DNA of 64,000 nucleotides from a virus. The translations under genes were made by a program, and so were the position numbers. The notes beneath the pieces are model-generated. The model worked only from the letters and a program-made list of their open reading frames with translations, was not told the DNA's origin and did not search any database. Location of the stretch: IMG/VR virus record IMGVR_UViG_3300032291_001290, positions 1-64,000 of that record; one strand, 5' to 3'. Shown piece by piece: positions 28,534 through 36,709 of the stretch. How positions within the stretch are numbered: position 1 is the stretch's first letter; every line of letters begins with the position of its first letter.

Positions 28534-29215
28534 TTTACCCGCAAAATACGGATGTGAGTTTTGCAAACGTGACTTCTTAAAAGAAAGCACAGTGTTAAAA
28601 CACGTATGTGAACACAAACGTAGATGGATGGAAAAAGACAAGCACGGAAATCGTTTAGGATTTCAGTCTTGGATTCAGTTTTATAAAAAGAATACTGCAA
28701 GTAAAAAACATAAAACCTACGAAGAATTTATCAGTAGCGCATACTATATTGCATTTGTAAAATTTGGTAATTACTGTGTGAATATCAATGCAGTAAACCC
28801 GAGCAGATTAGTAGATTGGTTACTAAAGAATCAAATTAAAATTGACAACTGGACTAGTGATTCAGTTTACACAAAATATTTGATAGACCATTTAAAAATT
28901 GAAGATGCATTTGATGCTATACATCGTAGTGTAGAACAATGTATAACTTTAGCAACTGATGCAGGTATACAACCCAATGACGTTTTACGATATGGCAATG
29001 TCAATAAAATTTGTTATGCGATTACATCTGGTAAAATTAGTCCTTGGATGTTGTACTGTAGTGACAGTGGTGTAAAATTTTTAGAATCATTAAATCCAGA
29101 TCAAGTTAAAATAATATCAGACTATATAAATCCAGAACAATGGGCATTGAAGTTTCATCGTGAACCAAATATTAAACAACAAATCCAAGATACTCTCAAA
29201 CAAGCAGGGTACTAG
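28523..29215 (+). CDS. zinc-finger (C2HC/C2H2-like) hypothetical protein
   Basis: YGCEFCKRDF...LKHVC. Confidence 0.7.
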   Translation: MATDLPAKYGCEFCKRDFLKESTVLKHVCEHKRRWMEKDKHGNRLGFQSWIQFYKKNTASKKHKTYEEFISSAYYIAFVKFGNYCVNINAVNPSRLVDWLLKNQIKIDNWTSDSVYTKYLIDHLKIEDAFDAIHRSVEQCITLATDAGIQPNDVLRYGNVNKICYAITSGKISPWMLYCSDSGVKFLESLNPDQVKIISDYINPEQWALKFHREPNIKQQIQDTLKQAGY

Positions 29216-29396
29216 AGTACGCATACCCTGGAAGAAAGGTGATACTATTAGTGATTGGAACGAAACATGTGCATGGGCTATGGAACAGTTCGGATTACCC
29301 GGTACTAGATATTATACTCACTCAGTGGAAGATTACATGGACTTTTACTTTCACAAAGAAGAAGATGCTATTCATTTTAGTTTGAGGTGGTTATAA
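29160..29396 (+). CDS. small F-x-L-x-W family protein 1
   Basis: WAMEQFG...FYFHKEEDAIHFSLRWL; start uncertain. Confidence 0.7.
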   Translation: MNQILNNKSKILSNKQGTRVRIPWKKGDTISDWNETCAWAMEQFGLPGTRYYTHSVEDYMDFYFHKEEDAIHFSLRWL

Positions 29397-29399
29397 ACT

Positions 29400-30629
29400 A
29401 TGGAACCAATTAAATGTGATTTAGCATTCGGCTCAGTCAATGTAGTAACAAACAACAATTATACAATTTGTTGCGTAGCTAGAGACTCCGTTCTTAATAA
29501 AAAACAAAATATCAGACTTCCGCACGTTGAAAAAATTAATGTTGAACCATTGCGTGAAATTCGCAGGTCACTTATAAACGGAGAGTTCCATTCAGCGTGT
29601 AGTAATTGCCAAGAAGGTGAAAAACTTTCTTCTATCTCACTGCGTACAATATGGAACAATGCATTAGAAAAATATAATATACCTATAACCGAGTTTGTTG
29701 ATCCTAATGATATGCGATACCTAAGTTATGCTTTTGGTAATAAGTGTAATAGTAAATGCATGATGTGTGGGCCGTCGAGTAGTGATTTATGGACAGATGA
29801 ATTTAATAAAATATGGTCTAAAACCCGACGTATTCAATTACCATTAGTAACACCCTCAAGCCAAATACATAAAAATAGCATCAGTGAAATGCTTGATACA
29901 TATCCAAACTTAGAACACATAACTTTATTGGGCGGAGAACCAACTATTATCGAAGAACATGTTTTCATGTTGGAAAAATTAATTAGTCAAAATAAAAGTA
30001 AAAATATTGAGTTGTCATATGTTACTAACTTGACAGGAATTAATGATGAATTAATTAATCTTTGGGGTAATTTTAAATCTGTTGGGTTTAATGTTTCAAT
30101 AGATGGATTTGATAAAGTTAATGAATACATTAGATATCCTTTTAAATGGAATAAAACTGATACCAACTTACGCACTATACTACAACATGCTAAAGACAAT
30201 AAATCAAAATTTAGTGCTAGTCTCAGTGCCACACTAAACCTTTATAACTGCATAGATATAGGAAATCTGATTGAGTATTGGTTTAATATTAGTAAAGAAT
30301 ACGATAATTTAAATTCAGGTATTTTAATTACTAGAGTAGTATATCCTGATTATACTAATTTAAATATTAGTTCAGTAGAACATCGTCAGCAAGGTAAACA
30401 AAAATTATTTGAGTTGTTGGACAAAATTAAAAAAGAACCCTATATTAATCCGTCGTATGAACAAAATATTAATTTAGTATTAGGACTTTTGGATGAACCA
30501 AAAACAACTAATGAAGCACTAATTAATGATGCAAAATATTTTATTACAGAGTCTGACAAATATAGAAATAGGAATATAAAAGATTTTATTCCTAAATTAT
30601 ATAATGACTTGTTTAAGGATAAAGATTAA
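29400..30629 (+). CDS. radical SAM/SPASM protein (paralog of 4854..6059), inserted in the small-gene array
   Basis: CNSKCMMC, LGGEP, SIDG, EYIRYP..W motifs. Confidence 0.88.
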   Translation: MEPIKCDLAFGSVNVVTNNNYTICCVARDSVLNKKQNIRLPHVEKINVEPLREIRRSLINGEFHSACSNCQEGEKLSSISLRTIWNNALEKYNIPITEFVDPNDMRYLSYAFGNKCNSKCMMCGPSSSDLWTDEFNKIWSKTRRIQLPLVTPSSQIHKNSISEMLDTYPNLEHITLLGGEPTIIEEHVFMLEKLISQNKSKNIELSYVTNLTGINDELINLWGNFKSVGFNVSIDGFDKVNEYIRYPFKWNKTDTNLRTILQHAKDNKSKFSASLSATLNLYNCIDIGNLIEYWFNISKEYDNLNSGILITRVVYPDYTNLNISSVEHRQQGKQKLFELLDKIKKEPYINPSYEQNINLVLGLLDEPKTTNEALINDAKYFITESDKYRNRNIKDFIPKLYNDLFKDKD

Positions 30630-30884
30630 ATGTCACTTGAACAAGAACTAATGGAAAAAATGTCCAAAGAACTAGCAAAAGAAATTGACGAAGGTATTAT
30701 GTCAGACATGTTAATTGAGATTGGTTGGACTCCTGTTGAATTTTATTTTCAAGATAACTATCACGCTAACGATGTTAATTTTTGGTTGTTAAAACATTGC
30801 AAAAGTGATTGGCGTAGATTTGAAAAAAAATATTTGTTTGAAGATGTAAAAGAAGCTGAATGGTTCATATTGAGGTGGCTATGA
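30630..30884 (+). CDS. small F-x-L-x-W family protein 2
   Basis: WLLKHC...YLFEDVKEAEWFILRWL. Confidence 0.75.
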   Translation: MSLEQELMEKMSKELAKEIDEGIMSDMLIEIGWTPVEFYFQDNYHANDVNFWLLKHCKSDWRRFEKKYLFEDVKEAEWFILRWL

Positions 30885-31111
30885 ATAGCAAACAAAGACG
30901 CAAATCAAAACGTGCCCATCCTCATCATATTACTATCCATGCTCAATCAAATGAGATATACTTAGAGCATGATATAAAAGTAGTAAAGGCGTTTGAATGG
31001 TGCAAGAAAAAATGCAAAGGTCATGTTGCAAGAATTTACTTTCACGATAAAGCTATATTTAAATTTAGTAATCAAAAGGATGCAATGTATTTTGCATTGA
31101 AATGGATATGA
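30881..31111 (+). CDS. small F-x-L-x-W family protein 3
   Basis: WCKKKCKG...FKFSNQKDAMYFALKWI. Confidence 0.75.
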   Translation: MNSKQRRKSKRAHPHHITIHAQSNEIYLEHDIKVVKAFEWCKKKCKGHVARIYFHDKAIFKFSNQKDAMYFALKWI

Positions 31112-31413
31112 TTAAAAAGCGTCAAATGACTAATAAATTATACGGGACTAACGGTGGCTGGGCCGCAATGCGTAATGTGAACCATGATGGTACAGGTAGT
31201 GTGTATGGTATGCCTTACCATCAAATAACTCCAATTGTGTCTAGCGGAGAATGGAATGAAATGGTTGAATGGTGTGTGTTTACATACGGACCAAGCGGTA
31301 CAGAAAATAAACCGGGAGTATGGACACCAAATGAAAGATGGTATGCTAATAATTCTAAGTTTTGGTTTAAAGACAAAAAAGATTGTGAATGGTTTTTGTT
31401 AAGATGGCAATGA
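31102..31413 (+). CDS. small F-x-L-x-W family protein 4
   Basis: WCVFTYG...FWFKDKKDCEWFLLRWQ. Confidence 0.75.
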   Translation: MDMIKKRQMTNKLYGTNGGWAAMRNVNHDGTGSVYGMPYHQITPIVSSGEWNEMVEWCVFTYGPSGTENKPGVWTPNERWYANNSKFWFKDKKDCEWFLLRWQ

Positions 31414-31649
31414 CATATGTGCTTAATTATTTTGATGGTGCTAAAGGATGGGAAAATTCTAATCCAGGATGGCATGAAGCTATTATATACAATAACTCAC
31501 CCGATAAACATGAAAAAATGTTAGAATGGTTGTATAATAAAGTTGACAATGTTGAAAGACATGCTCGGTGGATTTGGTGCCAAGATCATGGTAAATTTAA
31601 ATTTAGATACGAGCGTGATTATATAATGTTTACATTAACATGGCAATAA
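31410..31649 (+). CDS. small F-x-L-x-W family protein 5
   Basis: WLYNKV...FKFRYERDYIMFTLTWQ. Confidence 0.75.
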   Translation: MTYVLNYFDGAKGWENSNPGWHEAIIYNNSPDKHEKMLEWLYNKVDNVERHARWIWCQDHGKFKFRYERDYIMFTLTWQ

Positions 31650-31864
31650 CTATTAAACTCAAAGATCGGCTACAGGCTGAAGAAGAACAATGGCTAGCAA
31701 AGAACATAGGACCTAGAATGCATTATCTTCATAATAGCATAGGGGGTCAAGGCTGGATAGTTAAAATGGAAAAGTATTCAAGGTATGATGTACCTAATAC
31801 TTGGACGTTAACATTAGAAGATGATAGATATGCTACAATTTTTTTATTAATGTTTCCGCAATGA
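31640..31864 (+). CDS. small F-x-L-x-W family protein 6
   Basis: WLAKNIG...LTLEDDRYATIFLLMF. Confidence 0.7.
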   Translation: MAITIKLKDRLQAEEEQWLAKNIGPRMHYLHNSIGGQGWIVKMEKYSRYDVPNTWTLTLEDDRYATIFLLMFPQ

Positions 31865-32142
31865 CTAATATACCTAAATCTTTTCAAGATTATGACGATA
31901 ATGATCCTATGATAGAGCATAGAAAGAACCGTTGGAAGTATTGGGAAGCGTTAAAAATTGTGCGTAAAGAATATATGGCATCATTGAATAAGGTAGATAG
32001 CCAGTTTGATGCCTATGACTTTGAGGATTATCTTGAAGCCAATTATGGAATAAAGATGAACATAGTAAACGGAAACATTACTGATGGGTATAAGATTATG
32101 GATGAGAAAAAATATATAATATTTTTATTAAAGTATCAATGA
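31861..32142 (+). CDS. small F-x-L-x-W family protein 7
   Basis: YLEANYG...YKIMDEKKYIIFLLKYQ. Confidence 0.7.
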   Translation: MTNIPKSFQDYDDNDPMIEHRKNRWKYWEALKIVRKEYMASLNKVDSQFDAYDFEDYLEANYGIKMNIVNGNITDGYKIMDEKKYIIFLLKYQ

Positions 32143-32351
32143 TTAATCTTAAACTAGAAATATCTGCGGCAAAAGCAATAGAACGAGCAAATGAATTGCG
32201 TGAAGCTGGCTATGTTCAGGGTATAGACTTTGATTTTAGATATCATCCTAGTACACAGGATTACTATAACGGACCAATTAAACATAGCTTTGTGCTGTTT
32301 CACTTTTACAAAGAATCATTAGCAACTTATTATGGATTAAAATGGCAATAA
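32139..32351 (+). CDS. small F-x-L-x-W family protein 8
   Basis: FHFYKESLATYYGLKWQ. Confidence 0.7.
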   Translation: MINLKLEISAAKAIERANELREAGYVQGIDFDFRYHPSTQDYYNGPIKHSFVLFHFYKESLATYYGLKWQ

Positions 32352-32626
32352 CAAAACTTACAGGTACGTTTGTACCAATACCGATCAGAAAAGATGAAAT
32401 TGATTATGTGATCCATGACCGTAATTATATGGGTAGTGGAAACAGAACATCATATGTATATGAGTGTAAAAAGAAAAAAGAAGATCCGGCTGTAATCGTA
32501 AAATGGTGTAGACGTAATTTTGGGGAAAGAGGTAGTGGTTGGGACTTTCTTTTAACGTCAGGAAATGTTACAATCATCATATGGGAAGACAAATTTAAAA
32601 CTATGTATGAACTCTGGCAACGTTAA
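32342..32626 (+). CDS. small F-x-L-x-W family protein 9
   Basis: WCRRNFG..GSGW...IWEDKFKTMYELWQ. Confidence 0.7.
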   Translation: MAITKLTGTFVPIPIRKDEIDYVIHDRNYMGSGNRTSYVYECKKKKEDPAVIVKWCRRNFGERGSGWDFLLTSGNVTIIIWEDKFKTMYELWQR

Positions 32627-32975
32627 TCTTTGTGAGGTGCGACAAATAAAAGATAGATATTCAGTTACCTGGAATAAGCACATTACTGGATTAAGTGTTT
32701 TTAGTGAGAAGGCTATAATTTTACTTGACATGATTATCAGAGATAGTAAATCTTGGGAAATAGGTATTCATTTGAGTAATGGTTATGTCTTGTGGATGAG
32801 TTGCACATTATTAAACACAATGGATACTGGACTATTAGCTGAGTATCTACAACATGCAGGCAATATAAAACATCCCGATGAAATTATAGGTGCAGTGTTT
32901 GACAACATGGATGATGTTGAAATCTTCACTAAACGATTAGAACAAAAATATATATGGCATGTGTTGAAACAATGA
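32607..32975 (+). CDS. hypothetical protein (divergent array member?)
   Basis: AVFDNMDDVEIF near the C-terminus. Confidence 0.55.
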   Translation: MNSGNVNLCEVRQIKDRYSVTWNKHITGLSVFSEKAIILLDMIIRDSKSWEIGIHLSNGYVLWMSCTLLNTMDTGLLAEYLQHAGNIKHPDEIIGAVFDNMDDVEIFTKRLEQKYIWHVLKQ

Positions 32976-33361
32976 ATAGTAAAAGATGTAATCGTTGTAA
33001 AGAAATAAAACTATTATCAGACTTTGGTAATGATAGTGGTGGTAAAAAACTACGGTCTGATTGTAGAGCATGTGACAGTATACTGGCTAAAGAACGTAGT
33101 GAAATAAAAAAAACTGCACCGTCAATACCTAACAATCATGTTTGTCCCATTTGTGAACAAACAGAAGAACAATTGAATGAAAACATTAATCCAACACTAC
33201 GCAAAAAAGGAAGACCATGGGTGATGGATCACAATCACGAACTAAAAACATTTCGCGGATGGTTATGTAGAAAGTGCAATTTGGGATGTGGTAATTTTAA
33301 AGACAATCCCGAACTATTAGACAAAGCGGCAACATATTTAAGGAATACACAAAATGGCTGA
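32954..33361 (+). CDS. endonuclease VII-like (His-Me finger) nuclease
   Basis: CPIC...MDHNH...RGWLCRKCNLGCG.FKD; N-terminal CxxC...CxxC. Confidence 0.88.
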   Translation: MACVETMNSKRCNRCKEIKLLSDFGNDSGGKKLRSDCRACDSILAKERSEIKKTAPSIPNNHVCPICEQTEEQLNENINPTLRKKGRPWVMDHNHELKTFRGWLCRKCNLGCGNFKDNPELLDKAATYLRNTQNG

Positions 33362-33902
33362 TATAATGATTGACATTGAGAGTTTGAATACAACACCTGA
33401 TTGTGTTATCTTAACTATTGGTGCAGTATTATTCGATCCAAAAGGTAATGGTATCTTGGATAAGATTGAATTACGCCCTACAATTGAGGATCAAACAGAA
33501 ACATATAATCGTACTATTAATGAAGATACACTGCGTTGGTGGGGTACACAAAGTGAGGCGGCACAAGAAGAAGCACTAGGTGATCGTGATAGAATGTCAT
33601 TCAAAGAGTGTATGGAGAAGTTATACAAGTTCTGTTGGAATCAAGGTAAACCATGGAGTCATGGTGCGCCGTTTGACATTGTTGTTATGGAACATGCTTG
33701 GAGACAACATAGTCAACTAGCACCCTGGCCCTATTATAATGTTAGAGACACACGTACATTGTTTGATATTGCAGGTGTTAGTCTTAAAGACGGTGGCCAT
33801 GTCACTAGTCACAAAGCAGTAGAAGATGCAGAACGACAGGCTATTGTTGTGCAACAAGCATATATGAAATTAATGAAAGCAGGATTGGTAACACCACGAT
33901 GA
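33354..33902 (+). CDS. DEDDh 3'-5' exonuclease (RNase AS/DexA-like)
   Basis: MIDIESL, HGAPFD, RDTRT, H.A.ED motifs. Confidence 0.85.
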   Translation: MADIMIDIESLNTTPDCVILTIGAVLFDPKGNGILDKIELRPTIEDQTETYNRTINEDTLRWWGTQSEAAQEEALGDRDRMSFKECMEKLYKFCWNQGKPWSHGAPFDIVVMEHAWRQHSQLAPWPYYNVRDTRTLFDIAGVSLKDGGHVTSHKAVEDAERQAIVVQQAYMKLMKAGLVTPR

Positions 33903-34510
33903 GAATCGATTCAGACATTGACATTGACTTTGGTAGTCGAGACCATTTATTGAAACTTATCAAGCACACACGTGCGGCTATGCGTAACGTTAAGCCTATA
34001 CGTAATCATGCAACTGGTATATATGTTACAGATATACCCTATGATCCAGTCAATGATATTGCAAGTATTGATTATACCGAAGCAGAAAAACGTGGATATT
34101 TTAAATTAGATTTGTTGAATGTACACGTATACGAAAAAGTACGTGATGAAATTCATTTAATAGAATTAATGCGTGATCCTGATTGGTCTAAGTTAACAGA
34201 CAGTAAATTTGTTGAACAATTGATTCACTTAAATAATCAGTTTTATAATCTACAAAAGATGCCAGAACCAGTAGATAGTATTCCAAGACTTGCTATGTTC
34301 TTAGCAGTAATTCGTCCGGGTAAGAAACATTTAATTGGAAAAATTTGGAGTGAAGTAGCAAAAACTGTATGGGATAAAGGAACAGATGGATATGTGTTTA
34401 AAAAAGCACATGCAATTGCTTATGCTAATCTAGTTGTAGTTCATATGAACTTATTGAGGGAGTCTCTTGACCAGAGTAATACTACGGCGTTTGGACCTGC
34501 GTTTACTTAA
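33899..34510 (+). CDS. miniature DNA polymerase III alpha (DnaE)-like catalytic core
   Basis: DIDIDF, HATG, FKLDLL, IRPG, GYVFKKAHAIAY in 203 aa. Confidence 0.8.
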   Translation: MRIDSDIDIDFGSRDHLLKLIKHTRAAMRNVKPIRNHATGIYVTDIPYDPVNDIASIDYTEAEKRGYFKLDLLNVHVYEKVRDEIHLIELMRDPDWSKLTDSKFVEQLIHLNNQFYNLQKMPEPVDSIPRLAMFLAVIRPGKKHLIGKIWSEVAKTVWDKGTDGYVFKKAHAIAYANLVVVHMNLLRESLDQSNTTAFGPAFT

Positions 34511-34834
34511 CTCGGCCATGCTACATACAGGGCCATGCACGACTACTAGGCTCTTGTTGTTAAAGGTTCGAATGTAGGGCTTAAAAATAGCCCAGTCTTC
34601 CTTTAAAAATAAATTTATAGGAATAAGTCGATTGCTTTCCCACCACCAAACTTCTCCCAATTCTAAAAATTTCTCTTTAGTATCAGGGTCAATTATTGAT
34701 CCATAGTCATATATTGTAGTGACCATTTCGTCACGATTTTGTACTATCCCAACATAATCTTGGTTGGCATATGAACATACTGTTATGAACGGGTGATTTT
34801 CGCTTAAGCGTTTAAAAAATTCGTTGTGAATCAT
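34451..34834 (-). CDS. hypothetical protein
   Basis: WWWESNRLIPI motif; TAAATA upstream on the minus strand; 60-nt convergent overlap. Confidence 0.7.
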   Translation of the reverse strand: MIHNEFFKRLSENHPFITVCSYANQDYVGIVQNRDEMVTTIYDYGSIIDPDTKEKFLELGEVWWWESNRLIPINLFLKEDWAIFKPYIRTFNNKSLVVVHGPVCSMAELSKRRSKRRSITLVKRLPQ

Positions 34835-34926
34835 TGTAATTTCAATAGATTTATTTAGTATTGGGTGAACCAAAGTTAATAAAAGAAAATCCCGTAGACT
34901 AAATATAGTATTAGGAGCCTACATTT

Positions 34927-35688
34927 GTGTATTCAACATCAGTATTTTATTACTTTCAGCGCAATATTGTCGTGCTATTGTCAGGCTATTCACCAAGGAA
35001 ATATATGCCAGTCTACGCAAAACCATTAACATTGCATAAAGGAGTTGACAATCAACTTCAATTCCAATTCCTCAATCAGGAACAAAAACCCGTCGATATT
35101 ACTGGAAAGAGCATCACCTGTAGAATTCTTAACTACGAAGGAAATGAGATCCTTATTCAAAAAGCACTGACACTACAGTTGCCTGCAACTGGTATATGTG
35201 CGTTGTTTTTAGGTCCAGCAGACTTAGAAAATATTGAAGCACAGAAGTGTTACTATACTTTAGAAATTCCCGTAAATGAATTTGACTACCCTGTATTCGT
35301 AGATCAAAATGCAGGCGCACGTGGAGTAATGAATATCGTTAATAGTGTATTACCTAACTTTGTAGCCTCATATGAGTTAAGTATTCCAAGTGGTCAACAA
35401 TTCCCTAACATTAGCAACTCAAGTGGTGACCTAACTTACTATTCTAGTGTGCTTTCTACTAATGACAATCCCGTATTGACTATCCAAACTAAGTATGAAG
35501 AATTTTATGGTAACACTGTAATTCAAGGGTCAGCAATTGTTGATGGTGACTGGTACCCTATTATAACAACTGATACCGTTTCTAATACAACAGATACACT
35601 AGGGTATGTTATTCAAGGATATCATCCATACATAAGAATGGAATTCAACAGTAACTCGGGTGCAGTCACTAACATACTAACTAGGTAA
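34927..35688 (+). CDS. putative virion protein (BppU-like N-terminal pattern)
   Basis: GTG start with AGGAG SD; late promoter; KGVDN.L.F...N.EQKPVDITG. Confidence 0.55.
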   Translation: MYSTSVFYYFQRNIVVLLSGYSPRKYMPVYAKPLTLHKGVDNQLQFQFLNQEQKPVDITGKSITCRILNYEGNEILIQKALTLQLPATGICALFLGPADLENIEAQKCYYTLEIPVNEFDYPVFVDQNAGARGVMNIVNSVLPNFVASYELSIPSGQQFPNISNSSGDLTYYSSVLSTNDNPVLTIQTKYEEFYGNTVIQGSAIVDGDWYPIITTDTVSNTTDTLGYVIQGYHPYIRMEFNSNSGAVTNILTR

Positions 35689-35737
35689 ATCACCACAACT
35701 GTTGATTTACTGTATACAAATATGTTATACTGACTAG

Positions 35738-36709
35738 ATGTTTGATATACTATCAATACTTCCGGGTAAAAAGAAACTAACAAGTTCAGGTTGGACTAGC
35801 TTTAACGCAGTTTGTTGCAACCACTTTGGTCATAAACCTGATCGTAGAATGCGTGGCGGAGTAAAACTTGACGGTCATAATTGGTCCATGCATTGTTTTA
35901 ATTGTGGGTTCAAATGCAATTTTGTATTGGGTAGAAGCATCACATCAAAAACACGTAATCTATTAAGTTGGTGCGGAGTTGATAATGAACAAATTCAACG
36001 GTGGAGTTTAGAAAGTTTACAACACAAAGACTTATTAGATTTCACACAAGTTAAAAAAGAACGTGTAAAAATAAAGTTTAATGACCATGTATTACCTGAA
36101 GGTGAGATTGTTGATAGTAACAATCCAGCGCACAAGTTATATGTAGATTATTTAGAAAAACGAAAGATAGATACAAACGACTATCCGTTTTTAATTACTC
36201 CTAATGAATTTGGTAGAATGTCAAACAGAGTTATCATACCCTACACATACAAAAATAAAATAGTTGGACATACAAGTAGATTCTTAGATAACAAAATACC
36301 AAAATATATCAATGAACAACAACCAGGATATGTTTTTAATTTAGATGCACAGAAACCTGAATGGATTGTTTGTATCTTAACTGAAGGTATATTTGATGCA
36401 CTAAGTATCGATGGCGTAGCAGTCATGCATGATGAAATTAGTAATGATCAAGCACAACTACTAAGCACATTAAACAAACAAATTATTGTTGTACCAGATC
36501 GTGATAAGACTGGGTTAAAAATGTGTGATAGGGCATTAGAATTGGGATATCAAGTTAGTCTACCTGAATGGGATACTGACATAAAAGATGTGAATGATGC
36601 AGTAGTTAAATATGGCAAATTGCCTACCCTACTAAGTATACTTCATAGTGCAACAAATAGTAAAATTAAAATAGAAATGCAGAGGAAAAAAATTGTTAAA
36701 GGATTATAA
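35738..36709 (+). CDS. DNA primase (T4 gp61-like)
   Basis: Zn ribbon (CC...HCFNCG); TOPRIM EGIFDA, PDRD, KDVND. Confidence 0.88.
   Translation: MFDILSILPGKKKLTSSGWTSFNAVCCNHFGHKPDRRMRGGVKLDGHNWSMHCFNCGFKCNFVLGRSITSKTRNLLSWCGVDNEQIQRWSLESLQHKDLLDFTQVKKERVKIKFNDHVLPEGEIVDSNNPAHKLYVDYLEKRKIDTNDYPFLITPNEFGRMSNRVIIPYTYKNKIVGHTSRFLDNKIPKYINEQQPGYVFNLDAQKPEWIVCILTEGIFDALSIDGVAVMHDEISNDQAQLLSTLNKQIIVVPDRDKTGLKMCDRALELGYQVSLPEWDTDIKDVNDAVVKYGKLPTLLSILHSATNSKIKIEMQRKKIVKGL

Noticed and set aside
33899-34510. Mini-DnaE as a frameshifted pseudogene
   Set aside because: No adjoining DnaE sequence is evident in the flanking ORFs. The motifs are compressed in order within one clean, coupled ORF, which fits streamlining better than breakage.
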